Positions 9,087 to 22,349 of a stretch of DNA of 64,000 bases are shown here, one piece after another. Within the stretch, counting starts at the first letter, position 1. The number at the start of each line of letters is the position of its first letter. A program made the position numbers and the translations under genes. The DNA is taken from the NCBI GenBank assembly GCA_016874035.1, contig VGVM01000002.1, positions 22,509-86,508 of the forward strand, given 5' to 3'. This DNA is from Gemmatimonadota bacterium (GTDB lineage: Bacteria > Gemmatimonadota > Gemmatimonadetes > Gemmatimonadales > Gemmatimonadaceae). The notes under the pieces are model-generated. The model had not been told where the DNA came from and did not search any database. It saw only the letters and a program-made list of their open reading frames with translations.

Positions 9087-10358
9087 CTAGAACGGTCTCT
9101 CGATGCTCGTGGACTGCGGCGTCATCAGCTCGGCGCCGTCAGTTGTGATCACCATGTCGTCCTCTAGACGGACGCCGAACTCGTCAGGCAAGTAGATGCC
9201 AGGTTCGTCGCTGAAGACCATACCGGGCTGCAGCGGAAGGGTGTTTCCCCGCACCAGGTACGGCCACTCGTGGCCGTCCATCCCCATTCCGTGCCCCACG
9301 CGGTGCGTGAAGTACTTGTAGTCCGGGCCAAATCCGGCGTCAGTGATCACATTGCGAGCCGCCGCGTCCACGGCTTCACACGCGACCCCGGGGCGTGCCG
9401 CCCGCAAGGCCGCTGTTTGCGCCCGAAGTTCGACTTCGAAGACGTCCTTCATTCTCTGAGTGGCCTTCCCAAGGACAAACGTACGCGAGATGTCTGAGCT
9501 ATAGCCTTCGACCTTGCAGCCACCATCAATAAGAAGGACTGACCCCTCGCGAATGGTCTGCGGCGTCGCTGAACCGTGCGGCAGCGCCGAGTATTTCCCA
9601 ACTTGCACGCCCGCTGAGCCGTCGAAGCCGAGCTGGCGATGGGCGGCAGAGACCAGGTTCGCGAAGTCAGTCTGGGTCATTCCGTCGCGCAACGACTTCC
9701 ACGCCGCTTCGTACGCCTTTAGTGTGACGCGACTGGCAAGCTTCATCAGCGCGATTTCGTGCGCATCCTTGACCATTCGGCAGCCGGCGGTCACCGGCGT
9801 TCCGCTCACCACGGTCACACCCGGCACGTGTGCGGCGCCGTCCGCAAAGACGAAGCGTACGGTCTCTTCGGCGCCGATGGTTGCCGTCGCCAACCCTCGC
9901 GCCCGGAGCCCACGGGCGATCAACGCATAGGGGTCTTGGTCCTCTTCCCACGCGTAGACGTCGGCTTCCCGTCCAAGCGGACCCTGGTGCGCCTGCTCCA
10001 TGGCGCGCTCTTCCTCAAACTTCGGCGTGACAAGGAACGCGGCACCACGCGCGGGAATGATCGCCGTCAGCAGGCGCTCCGAAAGCCCCCACCGAATTCC
10101 GGTGAAGTACTCCATCGAAGTCCCGCCGGTCAGCATCAGCGCGTCGAGTCGGTTTTCGATGAGCAGGCGCCGCGCCTTTTCGATCCGGCCGCGACGTTCG
10201 TCCACGGAGATCGGCGTCGCCTCCCGTCGCATCGAGGTGAGTTCCCGAATCGCGGGTGGCAACGCGCTGCTCGATTGCTGCGCCTCGGCCGACGTTGGAA
10301 CGATGCTGACCGCAGCGCTCGCGGCAGCCAGCGTGACGAAATCGCGACGCGTGGTCAT
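9087..10358 (-). CDS. Xaa-Pro aminopeptidase / M24B-family metallopeptidase with Tat-type signal
   Basis: Twin-arginine signal MTTRRDFVTLAAASAAVSIVPTSAEA is present. The M24 pita-bread metal ligands are (LIDGG...DISRT...HRVGHGMG...FSDEPGIY...RLED). The start ATG at 10358 was verified in sequence. The ORF-track start at 10880 was rejected. Confidence 0.9.
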   Translation of the reverse strand: MTTRRDFVTLAAASAAVSIVPTSAEAQQSSSALPPAIRELTSMRREATPISVDERRGRIEKARRLLIENRLDALMLTGGTSMEYFTGIRWGLSERLLTAIIPARGAAFLVTPKFEEERAMEQAHQGPLGREADVYAWEEDQDPYALIARGLRARGLATATIGAEETVRFVFADGAAHVPGVTVVSGTPVTAGCRMVKDAHEIALMKLASRVTLKAYEAAWKSLRDGMTQTDFANLVSAAHRQLGFDGSAGVQVGKYSALPHGSATPQTIREGSVLLIDGGCKVEGYSSDISRTFVLGKATQRMKDVFEVELRAQTAALRAARPGVACEAVDAAARNVITDAGFGPDYKYFTHRVGHGMGMDGHEWPYLVRGNTLPLQPGMVFSDEPGIYLPDEFGVRLEDDMVITTDGAELMTPQSTSIERPF

Positions 10359-10522
10359 GTGGGATTCCCGGACGAAGTCGACGAAAATCTGGTGACGCGC
10401 GCCGCCGCGCGATAGAGAACTACCTTCAGCGGTTCGCGTTTTCCGCGGCTCAGCCTGGCCATAGTTTCCCGGATCAGCCGACAGCGTATCCGCCTCCCGT
10501 CGCCACATAACTCGCCAACGCC

Positions 10523-13243
<2,721 letters not shown>

Positions 13244-13249
<6 letters not shown>

Positions 13250-13289
13250 CTGGGATCGCGGCGCGTTGGCCGGGCGATCCGGGTCAGGG
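13244..13289. terminator. bidirectional hairpin spanning the convergent stops of pepN and terC
   Basis: The arms CCCTGACTGGGATCGC and GCGATCCGGGTCAGGG give 14 of 16 bp pairing with a 14-nt loop. The hairpin includes both stop codons. Confidence 0.5.
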
Positions 13290-14273
13290 CCGACCCGGAG
13301 CCCGTGGCTTGATGAGTGTGCTCGCCACGACGCCGGCGAGCAGGATGCCGAGCACGACGGCCAGCATAACGATGTTCGCGGACTCGCCCAGCCAGCGCAC
13401 AACCAGCTTACCGGCCAACATCTTCATGCCCACGATCCCGAGGATCAGCGCCAGCGAAACGCTGAGGTAGCGGAAGACGCGGATCAGGCCCGCGAGGCCG
13501 AAGTAGAGCGAGCGAAGGCACAGGATCGCGAACACGTTCGACGTGAAGACAAGGAACGGATCCGTCGTAATCGCGAAGATCGCCGGGATCGAGTCCACCG
13601 CAAAGATGACATCCGTGGTCTCCACCAGCACCAGCGCGACGGCCAGGGGCGTCAACCAGCGGACACCATCGCGTACGATGACGAAATCGTGTCCGTGAAA
13701 CTCCTTCGCCACCCGAAAATGACGGCTCAGCCAGCGGATGATCCACCGCTCTTCCGGTGCCTCGTCTTTCGGTGTTGCGAACAGCATCTTGACGGCGGTC
13801 AGCACCAGAAAGGCGCCAAACACGTAGAGGATCCAGTGGTACCGCGCGACCAGCGCGGCGCCTGCGCCAATCATGAGGCCTCGCATGATCAGCGCGCCAA
13901 GGATCCCCCAGAAGAGCACCCGGTGTTGAAAGCGCGGCGGCACTCCGATGTGGCTGAAGATCAACGCGATCACGAACACATTGTCTATCGAGAGGCTCAG
14001 CTCGACGACGTAGCCTGTCAGGAACTTCACGGCCGCCGTGTGGCCCGTGTTCATCCGACCGTCAATCGCGTCTGGGACAAGTCCAAGCCCCTGCCAGTGG
14101 ACGTCGTACGCCCAGCTGACTCCAACCGCGAACACCAGTGCGAGAACGACGCAGCCCGCCGTAAATCCCAGCGCCTGTCGCATGGTGGGTTCGCGGTCGT
14201 CCCTGTTGAGGACTCCAAGGTCAAGCGCGAGTATCGCGACAACAATCACGAGGAACGCGATCCAGACGATCAT
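13284..14273 (-). CDS. terC: TerC-family integral membrane protein
   Basis: Multi-TM product with the TerC signature FLTGYVVELSLSIDNVFVIALIF and a second repeat ...ETTDVIFAVDSIPAIFAIT. The ATG at 14273 overlaps the stop of the upstream ArsC-family gene (ATGA). Confidence 0.85.
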   Translation of the reverse strand: MIVWIAFLVIVVAILALDLGVLNRDDREPTMRQALGFTAGCVVLALVFAVGVSWAYDVHWQGLGLVPDAIDGRMNTGHTAAVKFLTGYVVELSLSIDNVFVIALIFSHIGVPPRFQHRVLFWGILGALIMRGLMIGAGAALVARYHWILYVFGAFLVLTAVKMLFATPKDEAPEERWIIRWLSRHFRVAKEFHGHDFVIVRDGVRWLTPLAVALVLVETTDVIFAVDSIPAIFAITTDPFLVFTSNVFAILCLRSLYFGLAGLIRVFRYLSVSLALILGIVGMKMLAGKLVVRWLGESANIVMLAVVLGILLAGVVASTLIKPRAPGRP

Positions 14274-14650
14274 ACCGCCCCCCGGCTCGCTTCGACCCAC
14301 GATCGCCAGTCGGTCTCGGCCAGCCCGATTGTCAGCTTGCCGCCATGCCGAACCAGCGGCTGCGAAAGGATCAGCGGCTCTTCGCAGAGTATCTCGAGCC
14401 AGCGGTCATCACCCATGCGCGATGCGCCGAGGCCGCGCTCCCGGTACCTGACGCTGTTCGTATCGATCAGGGCGGTGACGCCGAACTTCTGAACGAATCG
14501 GGTAAGTTCCCCGCGACTTGCCGGACGTTCCTTCAAGTCAACGAAGTGCACGCGAACGCGGCGTTCGCTGAAGAAACGCAGGGCTTTACGCGTGTCCTGG
14601 TTTTTCTGGGTCCCAAAGACCTGTACTTCGATTTGGGCCACGCCCGGCAT
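14270..14650 (-). CDS. ArsC/Spx-family (YffB-like) thioredoxin-fold protein
   Basis: The product ...VQVFGTQKNQDTRKALRFFSERRVRVHFVDLKERPASRGEL...PLVRHGGKLTIG has the ArsC-family layout. It lacks the canonical N-terminal Cys. Confidence 0.75.
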   Translation of the reverse strand: MPGVAQIEVQVFGTQKNQDTRKALRFFSERRVRVHFVDLKERPASRGELTRFVQKFGVTALIDTNSVRYRERGLGASRMGDDRWLEILCEEPLILSQPLVRHGGKLTIGLAETDWRSWVEASRGAV

Positions 14651-14749
14651 GCTCGGATCTCAGCTGTTCCGGTCTGAGGCGCGGGGTGCGTTGGGAGCAC
14701 CCGCGCCGCTGCTGATAAAGTTAGCCAGCAACAACCCAACGGAGGGTGA

Positions 14750-15718
14750 GTGCGCGAGTTCCAACCGAGCTGGTGGCTACCAGGCCCGCACCTGCCCACG
14801 ATCTGGGGCAAGAAGTTCCGTCGCCAACCCATGTGCCATGATCGGGTAGAGCGCGTTCGCACGCCTGATGGCGATCACGTGTCGCTCGCTCGCATGGGCT
14901 CGGCGAGAGCGGGAGTGCCGCACGTGCTCATACTGCATGGCCTTGAAGGGACGATCGGCGCGACGTACGCCCACGGCTTGTTGCAGCGCGCCCGTGAGCT
15001 GGGCTGGAGCGGTGACCTGCTCCTGTTTCGCTCGTGTGACGGCGCCCGCAATCTGGCGCCGCGTCTCTATCACTCTGGCGAGACAACCGACCTCGATGTC
15101 GTAGTGCGTCGACTCAAGACCGAGTCCCCGGAATCGCCGCTGTGCATTGTTGGTGTGTCCCTGGGCGGGAACGTCCTGACCAAATGGCTTGGGGAGCTGG
15201 GCGAGCAGGCCAGGCAACTCGTGCGGGCGTCAGCAGCGGTGAGCGTACCGTTCGACCTTGCGGCGTGCGCGCGTTCCCTCGAACACGGCTTCGGTCGCAT
15301 TTATGTACGGCACTTCCTCGCGACGCTGAAGCAAAAGGCGGAATGGAAACACGCCCAGTTCCCGCGAGTGTTTGACCTGCATGCCATGCGTCGCGCCGGC
15401 ACGTTCTGGGAGTTCGATGATGCCGCGACCGCTCCGCTTCACGGTTTTCGCGACGCCGCTGAGTACTACGCCAGAAGCAGCGCCCTTCCCTTCATTGAAC
15501 GTGTGCGCACGCCTCACCTGTTGTTCATGGCGTGCGACGATCCGTTTGTGCCATCGCATGTGCTGCTCAGTGTTCGTGAGAAAGTCGCTGGCAACCAAGT
15601 CGTTCGTCTGGCGACCACGCCGCGAGGTGGACATGTCGGCTGGGTGGAAGGGACGGTCTTGGCCCAGAAGTACTACATGGAAGAGTTTGTAATGAACTGG
15701 CTCGTTCCTGTTGTATAA
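14750..15718 (+). CDS. alpha/beta-fold hydrolase (YheT/ABHD-like)
   Basis: The product ...PHVLILHGLEGTIGATY...GVSLGGNVL (nucleophile elbow GxSxG)... has a length and layout typical of the COG0429 type. Confidence 0.8.
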   Translation: MREFQPSWWLPGPHLPTIWGKKFRRQPMCHDRVERVRTPDGDHVSLARMGSARAGVPHVLILHGLEGTIGATYAHGLLQRARELGWSGDLLLFRSCDGARNLAPRLYHSGETTDLDVVVRRLKTESPESPLCIVGVSLGGNVLTKWLGELGEQARQLVRASAAVSVPFDLAACARSLEHGFGRIYVRHFLATLKQKAEWKHAQFPRVFDLHAMRRAGTFWEFDDAATAPLHGFRDAAEYYARSSALPFIERVRTPHLLFMACDDPFVPSHVLLSVREKVAGNQVVRLATTPRGGHVGWVEGTVLAQKYYMEEFVMNWLVPVV

Positions 15719-15800
15719 CTGGCCTTATAGTGATGTAATACAACGCTGAAATGCGCATCGAGTATTAGGAAGATAGAGGTAGCGGGCTATTTATGATTTT

Positions 15801-16763
15801 TTGCTGCATATTTCGGCTGTGGCTCGTCTAAGTGATACTGGCCTTTGCATCGCAACAGGTTGCGACGCAAAGTGGCTTCGCAATGCGGCCGCACGGCTCG
15901 GCGTAGCAGTACAACGCGACGAGGACAGTGTCCTCTGGTGGCGGTTGGTTGGGCACCTCGCTCACGATCTGCAGATCGCGCTCCGGCCGGCAGCGGAGTC
16001 AGCAAACCAACTACTGGGCCGTCGTCTCGAGGATGGGCGGCTTCGTGTCGGTATGACTCCCGACGGATCGGTTGGTGTCATGGTCGAAATGGGTCGGTTT
16101 CGCGACGCCGCCGCCCTCGCCCTTGCCTCGGCAATTGCCTCGGATCCGCAGCGCCCAAGGGGGCGTCCACCGACGCTACGGTCACTCGCACAGCGCCTTC
16201 ACGCGCGAGCAGGCGAGCCTCCCGCCACGCCGGCGTTCAATCCGGGCCCGGCGACGGCGGCGCTATGCGGTCTCCTTTTTGATGTTCGCGCTGAGCCTGT
16301 TCTCGTCGAACGGAGCGCCGCACAGTTGCTCGGATTGTGGCCCGAGCAGACGGTTACGACTATCGCGATTGACCTCTCCGGCCGACGATCGTTTCGGATC
16401 GCCGACTACCTCAATCGCCAGGGGGCGCTCCCGCTTGGCGTGTCGGTCCGTCCCGGCTTTCGACTGGACGGCCGGATGCTCACATCTATTGCTCGCGCGC
16501 CGCTCACGATTGCCGGGGAATCCATCTGCCTGTGCGGTTCCGTGGCTGGGTTTTCGACGCACGGGGAGGTGCTCGGCGCGACGGTCGAAGCGGCGCAACT
16601 GCCCGGTACGCGCACGGCCAGCCGCGAGGCGATCGCACGATGGGCAGGGGCGGCCATGGGGTCGGCGCGGCCTGGTGAACGTGAGCAGCTTGCGACACTG
16701 ATCCAACGTCCGGCGACCGGTCTCGCCCAGGAGACGCTCTCGCACAGCGATTCAGGGCGATAG
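15801..16763 (+). CDS. hypothetical protein (320 aa), orphan
   Basis: TTG start following an unusually AT-rich 80-bp spacer. Third-position G+C is noticeably lower than in neighbouring genes, by eye. No motif was recognised beyond a possible N-terminal HTH-like stretch. Confidence 0.5.
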   Translation: MLHISAVARLSDTGLCIATGCDAKWLRNAAARLGVAVQRDEDSVLWWRLVGHLAHDLQIALRPAAESANQLLGRRLEDGRLRVGMTPDGSVGVMVEMGRFRDAAALALASAIASDPQRPRGRPPTLRSLAQRLHARAGEPPATPAFNPGPATAALCGLLFDVRAEPVLVERSAAQLLGLWPEQTVTTIAIDLSGRRSFRIADYLNRQGALPLGVSVRPGFRLDGRMLTSIARAPLTIAGESICLCGSVAGFSTHGEVLGATVEAAQLPGTRTASREAIARWAGAAMGSARPGEREQLATLIQRPATGLAQETLSHSDSGR

Positions 16764-16799
16764 GTTTTCGGTCTCCCCCTCAGGCACCGGATAGCTCCC

Positions 16800-17807
16800 A
16801 TGCGCACGACTTTGCTGGTCTCCGCAGCTCTCGCGACACTTTCCGCGTGTTCCGTCCAACGCTGGCAGTCGCCGGGAACCGGCGGCGTGGAAGACCATTT
16901 GGCGCACATGTCCGCCGCGGATCTCTCGGCGGGCGCGGCGGCGCGCGTGACATCGCTCGCATCTCAATCGCAGGGAATCGCCGGCCTTCCGGCCAGCGCG
17001 GTGTCCGCGCCGGCGCGCCTGGCGGCCAGCCCACGCCACGCTGAGTGGGTGAAGATCGCCTGGGAGCCGGGGTCGAAGGACTCGCTCATGGCATGGATCG
17101 TGTTTCCCGTGCGCCGGGACCCGGCTCCAGTGGTCGTCGTCGTGCACGAGATCTTCGGCTTGCAGACCTGGGTTCGTGGCGTCGCGGATCAGCTCGCTGC
17201 CGACGGGTTCATCGCGATCGCACCTGACCTGATCTCGCGGGTCCGTGGCGGACCGAGTTCACTGGAACTCTCGGGCGATTCGGCGCGTCGCCTGATCGGG
17301 GGCGTGGATTTCGCGGAACGCAACCGTGGCATCGTGGCCGCCGCTAACTACGCCATGGCACAGGCGGCGGCGGTCAAGAAGTATGGTGTGGTCGGATATT
17401 GCTGGGGTGGCTCGACGGTGTTTGGTCACGTGGTGCACAACGGGGCACCCGGCTTCTCGGGTGGCGTCGCCTACTACGGAGGCTTCCCGTTTGTGTCGGG
17501 ACAGGCACCGAATACCACGCTCAACACCGACTCGATCGCGAAGATCAAGGCGCCAATCATGCTGCTCAACGGCTCCTTGGACGCTCGCATCGGAGCGTCC
17601 ATGCCGGCGCTCGACTCCTTGATGCGCTTAGCGGGAAAGACGTACAGTGGAAAGAATTATGAAGGCGCCATTCACGGGTTCCTCCGCGCGCAGGATGATC
17701 CCGCCGCCAATGGCACCCCGGCTCCGGCCGGAAGCGCGAACGTGGCGGCTTCCCGGGATGCCTGGCCAACAATGCTCAGCTTCTTCCGTCAGCATCTCGG
17801 GCGGTAG
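16800..17807 (+). CDS. dienelactone hydrolase-family lipoprotein
   Basis: Lipobox signal MRTTLLVSAALATLSAC is present. The DLH-type core is VVVVHEIFGLQTWVRGVADQLAADGFIAIAPDL...GYCWGG...HGF. Confidence 0.85.
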   Translation: MRTTLLVSAALATLSACSVQRWQSPGTGGVEDHLAHMSAADLSAGAAARVTSLASQSQGIAGLPASAVSAPARLAASPRHAEWVKIAWEPGSKDSLMAWIVFPVRRDPAPVVVVVHEIFGLQTWVRGVADQLAADGFIAIAPDLISRVRGGPSSLELSGDSARRLIGGVDFAERNRGIVAAANYAMAQAAAVKKYGVVGYCWGGSTVFGHVVHNGAPGFSGGVAYYGGFPFVSGQAPNTTLNTDSIAKIKAPIMLLNGSLDARIGASMPALDSLMRLAGKTYSGKNYEGAIHGFLRAQDDPAANGTPAPAGSANVAASRDAWPTMLSFFRQHLGR

Positions 17808-17853
17808 CACTCGGCGGCGGTGCGCGCGGCGGTGCGCACGTCGACGCTTCGCG

Positions 17854-18147
17854 TCAGTTCGCGTGCTTCGTCATGGCGAAGATTGCCAGCCACTCAGGCC
17901 AGTTTCCGGGGAGCTCGAACATGTCATCGAACAGCGCGAGTCCGCGTGATTCGAGCAAGTCGATGAGCACGGCAACATCGTCATCGCCGTGGATCGGGCC
18001 GATCGCGATCAGGCCGTGCTCGATCCGGAACTCGTCCGGGGTCAGCGTGACCGACGATTCGATGGTGGCGCGATCAAGGTGAACACGCTCGAACGCTTCG
18101 CGGCGGACAAGCAGTGTGGTCGCGCCGGCTGTGATAGGAAGTGGCAT
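17854..18147 (-). CDS. hypothetical small protein (97 aa)
   Basis: ORF divergent from mnmG. The internal ATG at 18147 is preferred because the ORF-track start at 18183 would leave 2 nt to the mnmG start. No family was recognised. Confidence 0.45.
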   Translation of the reverse strand: MPLPITAGATTLLVRREAFERVHLDRATIESSVTLTPDEFRIEHGLIAIGPIHGDDDVAVLIDLLESRGLALFDDMFELPGNWPEWLAIFAMTKHAN

Positions 18148-18185
18148 GACGCGAGGATACCGCATCGCGGGTCCAAGGGGCAAGA

Positions 18186-20102
18186 ATGAACCGAGTATTC
18201 GACGTCATCGTGATCGGTGGTGGGCACGCCGGGGTTGAAGCCGCCGTGGCGGCGAGCCGTGTCCGCTCGGCGAATGGCCCGACGCTCGTCGCGCTCCTGA
18301 CCTCGAGTGCCGATACGATTGGCCAGATGTCGTGCAATCCCGCTATTGGCGGCATTGCGAAGGGAACCGTTGTTCGCGAAGTGGATGCGCTTGGTGGCGT
18401 CATGGGCCGCGCGACAGACCGCGCGGCGATCCAGTTCCGTATGTTGAATCGCGGCAAGGGGCCCGCCGTGTGGTCTCCGCGAGCCCAATGTGATCGTGCA
18501 CGCTATCGTGCGGCGGTCCAACAGGTGCTCGTGGGTCATGAGCATGTCGTCGTGGTAGCCGGTACAGCCGCGGCGCTCGAACTCGTCGGCGATGCCCGTG
18601 TTACCGGCGTGCGACTGCTTGACGGGTCGGTGCTGCGGGCTCGTGCGGTGGTGCTCGCCACGGGGACATTCTTGCGCGGTCGCATCTGCATCGGCACCAC
18701 GCTCGAGGCCCCTGGCGGCCGCGCCGGTGAGCCCCCGGCGACCGAGCTCGCCGACCAGCTCGGATCGCTCGGGCTTGGTACCCAGCGGTTCAAGACCGGT
18801 ACGCCGCCACGAATTGACGGGCGAAGTGTCGATTACTCGCAGCTCCAGCCGCAGGAATCCGAGCTGTCCGCATTCCGGTACCGATGGTCTCGGCTTGAAG
18901 CGGCGTTCCCGGCCCTTCCACAGCAGTGCTGCTGGCTCACCTGGACAGGCCCTGAGACGCTCGAGATTGTGCAGGCCCGTCTCGCGGAAACCGCGATGTA
19001 TGGTGGCGCCATCGGGTCGCGGGGGCCGCGGTACTGCCCTTCAATCGAGGACAAGATCCTTCGGTTCCCGGACGCCCCACGACACCAGGTGTTTCTCGAA
19101 CCCGAAGGTCTCGACACGCCGGAGCTTTACGTCAATGGGCTGTCAACGTCGCTGCCGGCGGCGGTCCAGCTTGCGATGCTTCGGTCTGTGCCGGGGCTCG
19201 AGCGCGTCGAGATGACAAAGCCGGGATACGCGATCGAGTATGACTACTATCCGCCGACCGGCCTGTACGCCCGCCTGGAATCCAAGGCCGTCGAAGGCCT
19301 GTTCCTGGCTGGCCAGATCAACGGAACCACTGGCTACGAGGAGGCCGCTGGCCAGGGCGTAATCGCCGGCCACAACGCCGCGTGCCAGGCCGCCGGGCTG
19401 GCGCCGTTGGTGCTCGGGCGCGACACCTCGTATATCGGCGTGCTCGTCGATGACCTGGTGTCGAAGGGCGTGGATGAGCCGTACCGACTCTTCACGTCTC
19501 GCAGCGAGTTTCGCTTGACGGTCCGGCAGGACAACGCGATTGCGCGTCTGGGCCCCGTGGGCCTCAACCGCGGATTATTCGACCCCCAAGAGCAGGCACG
19601 AATCGAGGCGCGCCTCGCTGCCGAGTCGGACCTTCGCGTCTCGCTCGAATCGCTTCGGATCACTCCGGAGCAAGCCGTCTCGGTGCTTCGTCCCGGCGAG
19701 GCCCTTCCCCATTCGCTGCCGCTGCAAGACGTTGTGCGCCGAAACGGAGTTTGCCTGGTGGATGCGCTCCTTGCCTGTGGCCAGCCGATTCCGGACGACC
19801 CGGAGGTTTCGACTGGCGTGGAGCTGTCGGTGAAATACGCGGGATACTTGTCGCGCGAGCACGCCAATGCCGCGCGACTGCGTGAGCTCGGGTCACGTCC
19901 TATTCCGTCCGGCGTCGATTTCGGACGAATGCGCTCCCTCAGCACGGAAGCGCGGCACAAGCTGGCGGAGCGCCGTCCGGAAACGCTGGCGCAGGCGAGT
20001 GCCATACCGGGAGTGAGTCCGTCGGATCTGCAAAACCTCGCGTTCGAGCTGGAGCGCCACCGGCGCATCGGGGACGCAGCCGCCGCGGGATCGTCACGCT
20101 GA
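18186..20102 (+). CDS. mnmG: tRNA uridine 5-carboxymethylaminomethyl modification enzyme MnmG (GidA)
   Basis: [20 protein letters not shown] is the FAD-binding GxGxxG motif. Full-length GidA-like sequence of 638 aa. Confidence 0.95.
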   Translation: MNRVFDVIVIGGGHAGVEAAVAASRVRSANGPTLVALLTSSADTIGQMSCNPAIGGIAKGTVVREVDALGGVMGRATDRAAIQFRMLNRGKGPAVWSPRAQCDRARYRAAVQQVLVGHEHVVVVAGTAAALELVGDARVTGVRLLDGSVLRARAVVLATGTFLRGRICIGTTLEAPGGRAGEPPATELADQLGSLGLGTQRFKTGTPPRIDGRSVDYSQLQPQESELSAFRYRWSRLEAAFPALPQQCCWLTWTGPETLEIVQARLAETAMYGGAIGSRGPRYCPSIEDKILRFPDAPRHQVFLEPEGLDTPELYVNGLSTSLPAAVQLAMLRSVPGLERVEMTKPGYAIEYDYYPPTGLYARLESKAVEGLFLAGQINGTTGYEEAAGQGVIAGHNAACQAAGLAPLVLGRDTSYIGVLVDDLVSKGVDEPYRLFTSRSEFRLTVRQDNAIARLGPVGLNRGLFDPQEQARIEARLAAESDLRVSLESLRITPEQAVSVLRPGEALPHSLPLQDVVRRNGVCLVDALLACGQPIPDDPEVSTGVELSVKYAGYLSREHANAARLRELGSRPIPSGVDFGRMRSLSTEARHKLAERRPETLAQASAIPGVSPSDLQNLAFELERHRRIGDAAAAGSSR

Positions 20103-20112
20103 CAGGCACCGC

Positions 20113-22185
20113 ATGACCGAAGGCGCGCGGGACGAGGACCGGCCTGGACGGTTGGCGGTTCGCCTGCTGGCGGTGGTCGTCGCGGTACTCGCCTTCCTCC
20201 CGTGGTCCTCGTGGCTTTCCGGCGGGATCTCGGCCTCGCCAGGGTTGTATCCGTGGAGCACATGGCTGTTCAACACGGTTGCGGTTTCGGTGTTGGGCGC
20301 GCTGGTGGCGTTCCTCTGGATTCGGTGGTCCTCCACGTCGCGCGTGCCGGACCAGCTTCGTACTGCGACCAGCGGATCCACGCCGCCGCGCGCATGGCGC
20401 GCATGGCACGTGGACATGGTGGTCGCGGCGGCGTGCGGGGCGGTGTATGTCGCGATCGCCTGGTGGGTGTTTGGCGGACGACCGCTCCTGATCGATGAAC
20501 TCGTGCAAGTGCTGCAAGCGCGCGTGTTCGCCGAAGGGCGGTTCGCGACGCCGACCGATCCGAACCCCGAGTTTTTCTCGGTACTTCACGTCGTGGACAT
20601 CGGTCCGAGGACGTTTGCACAGTTTCCACCGGGCTGGTCGGCGATACTCGCGGTCGGGTGGTGGATCGGCGCCACGTGGGTGATCGGTCCCCTGTGTGGC
20701 GCGGTGGCGGTGTTCGCATTTGCCCGGTTTGTCCGCCTTGTACGCCCCGAGTTCAACTCGCGTGTTGTCGTCGGTTCGGCGCTGGTGTTCGGACTTGGTC
20801 CATTCGCGGCATTTCAGTTTGCGTCGCACATGAGTCACGGTCCCGTGGTCGCCGCAATCACGCTCGCGATGGTCGCATCCGCGCGGGCAGCACTCGCCGC
20901 GCAGCGCGTTGACGACGGATTGGACCTCCTTGCACACGGTCAACCGCATCGCGGGCTCGCGCGATGGATGGCACTTGCCGGGATCGCGTTTGGTGTTGCC
21001 TTCGCCATTCGACCCCTCGACGCGCTCGGGTTTGCCGTCCCGGCACTGATGTGGCTGGCGTGGTCGTGCGTTCGCGGCGGTCAGTGGCGTGCCGTGTTGA
21101 GTGCGGCCGCCGGCGTTGCCGTGGGTGTGATTCCGGTGATGGCTTTCAACGCCGCCACTACGGGATCGCCCACGGTTTTCGGCTACGAAGCGCTATGGGG
21201 CGCCTCGCACGGCCTGGGCTTTCATGCCGCCCCGTGGGGCGATGCGCACACGCCGCTTCGGGGTTTCGAGATCGTCTCGATCTATCTCGCGCGCCTTAAC
21301 ACGTATTTCCTCGAGACGCCGATCCCTTCCCTGCTCCCTGCGCTCGTGGGTTTGTGGGTCGCACCGAGCCTGCGCCCGATCGAGCGCGTGTTGGTTGTCT
21401 CCACCGTGTTGCACGCGACGGCCTACTTCGCGTACTGGCACGACGGCTTCTTCCTCGGGCCTCGGTTTGCGCTGCCGTGGATCCTGCTCCTGGTCCTCAG
21501 CTGCGCGTGGGCGGCAGATGCGCTCCAGCGGCGGACGGTTTCCCGGTCGTTCGTTCGCGTGTGGATTTCCGCATCGGTGGTGGCGACGCTGATGGTCGCC
21601 GCGGCGAACGGGATTCCGACGCGGGCCGCACAGTATTCGTCCGGCTTGATTTCGATGCGCCAGGATTACGGCAGCGAGGCCTTGCGGGCTGGTGCTCGGA
21701 ATGCGCTGGTGTTTGTGCGGGAAAGCTGGGGCGCGCAGGTCATCGCCCGACTCTGGGCGCTCGGTGTTTCGCGAGCGGCGACCGCGACGCTGTATTCGCG
21801 CGTTGACACGTGTGTCCTCGATTCTGCCGTCGCGTCGCTCGAGGGTGGCGCAGCCCGAGGTGCCGATGTGGAGCGTGCGCTGCGTCCGTTGCTTCTCGAT
21901 TCGGCTCGCGTGGTCGCGAGCTCGATTTCTCCCGATACCACCGAACGCATGATTGCGGGACGAACATACGGTGGCGAGTGTGCCGCGCGCGTACAGGAAG
22001 ATCGCACCGGCTATGCCCTGTACCCGCCATTCTTGCTCGACAGAACCTCCGGCAACCGGTACGCGCGCAGTCTCGGTTCGCGCGACACGTTGCTGCTCAG
22101 GCGATACCCCGATCTTCCAGCGTTCCTGGTGACTCGCTCTGGTGTTGACGGCTTGGCGCCGCTGGTGTGGACCCGAATTCGCTGA
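20113..22185 (+). CDS. large polytopic membrane protein, GT-C/ArnT-PMT-like fold suspected, with C-terminal soluble domain
   Basis: 690 aa, with about 12 predicted TM helices in the N-terminal 450 aa. An acidic first-loop motif LLIDELVQ is present. It starts 10 nt after the mnmG stop. The function is inferred only from topology. Confidence 0.6.
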   Translation: MTEGARDEDRPGRLAVRLLAVVVAVLAFLPWSSWLSGGISASPGLYPWSTWLFNTVAVSVLGALVAFLWIRWSSTSRVPDQLRTATSGSTPPRAWRAWHVDMVVAAACGAVYVAIAWWVFGGRPLLIDELVQVLQARVFAEGRFATPTDPNPEFFSVLHVVDIGPRTFAQFPPGWSAILAVGWWIGATWVIGPLCGAVAVFAFARFVRLVRPEFNSRVVVGSALVFGLGPFAAFQFASHMSHGPVVAAITLAMVASARAALAAQRVDDGLDLLAHGQPHRGLARWMALAGIAFGVAFAIRPLDALGFAVPALMWLAWSCVRGGQWRAVLSAAAGVAVGVIPVMAFNAATTGSPTVFGYEALWGASHGLGFHAAPWGDAHTPLRGFEIVSIYLARLNTYFLETPIPSLLPALVGLWVAPSLRPIERVLVVSTVLHATAYFAYWHDGFFLGPRFALPWILLLVLSCAWAADALQRRTVSRSFVRVWISASVVATLMVAAANGIPTRAAQYSSGLISMRQDYGSEALRAGARNALVFVRESWGAQVIARLWALGVSRAATATLYSRVDTCVLDSAVASLEGGAARGADVERALRPLLLDSARVVASSISPDTTERMIAGRTYGGECAARVQEDRTGYALYPPFLLDRTSGNRYARSLGSRDTLLLRRYPDLPAFLVTRSGVDGLAPLVWTRIR

Positions 22186-22304
22186 GTAGCGAACGGTCTG
22201 GGACCGGACGGACCACCGCTCGCAGGCGGTCAGGCACAAGACAATGACAATTTACCTCCTGCTTGACGTACAATATGTTGCAGGAAAAGTAATTACGAGT
22301 AAAT

Positions 22305-22320
22305 AGAAACAGATGTTTCT
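22305..22320. repeat. palindrome AGAAACA-GA-TGTTTCT (everted parS-like half-sites) in the parA leader
   Basis: Perfect 7-bp arms read directly. It lies 30 bp upstream of the parS site. Confidence 0.6.
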
Positions 22321-22349
22321 ATTCCACTTAGGTCGTGGCCTCGGTGCAA

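Noticed and set aside
14274-14749. Looked for a yybP-ykoY (Mn2+) riboswitch, which is often found upstream of TerC-family genes
   Set aside because: terC is translationally coupled (ATGA) to the upstream ArsC-family gene, so there is no leader. The 99-bp region upstream of that gene shows none of the conserved riboswitch segments by eye.
19334-20949. Minus-strand ORFs of 309 and 336 aa over the mnmG 3' end and the membrane-protein 5' end
   Set aside because: Both are Arg/Pro/Ser-rich shadow frames opposite recognisable genes.
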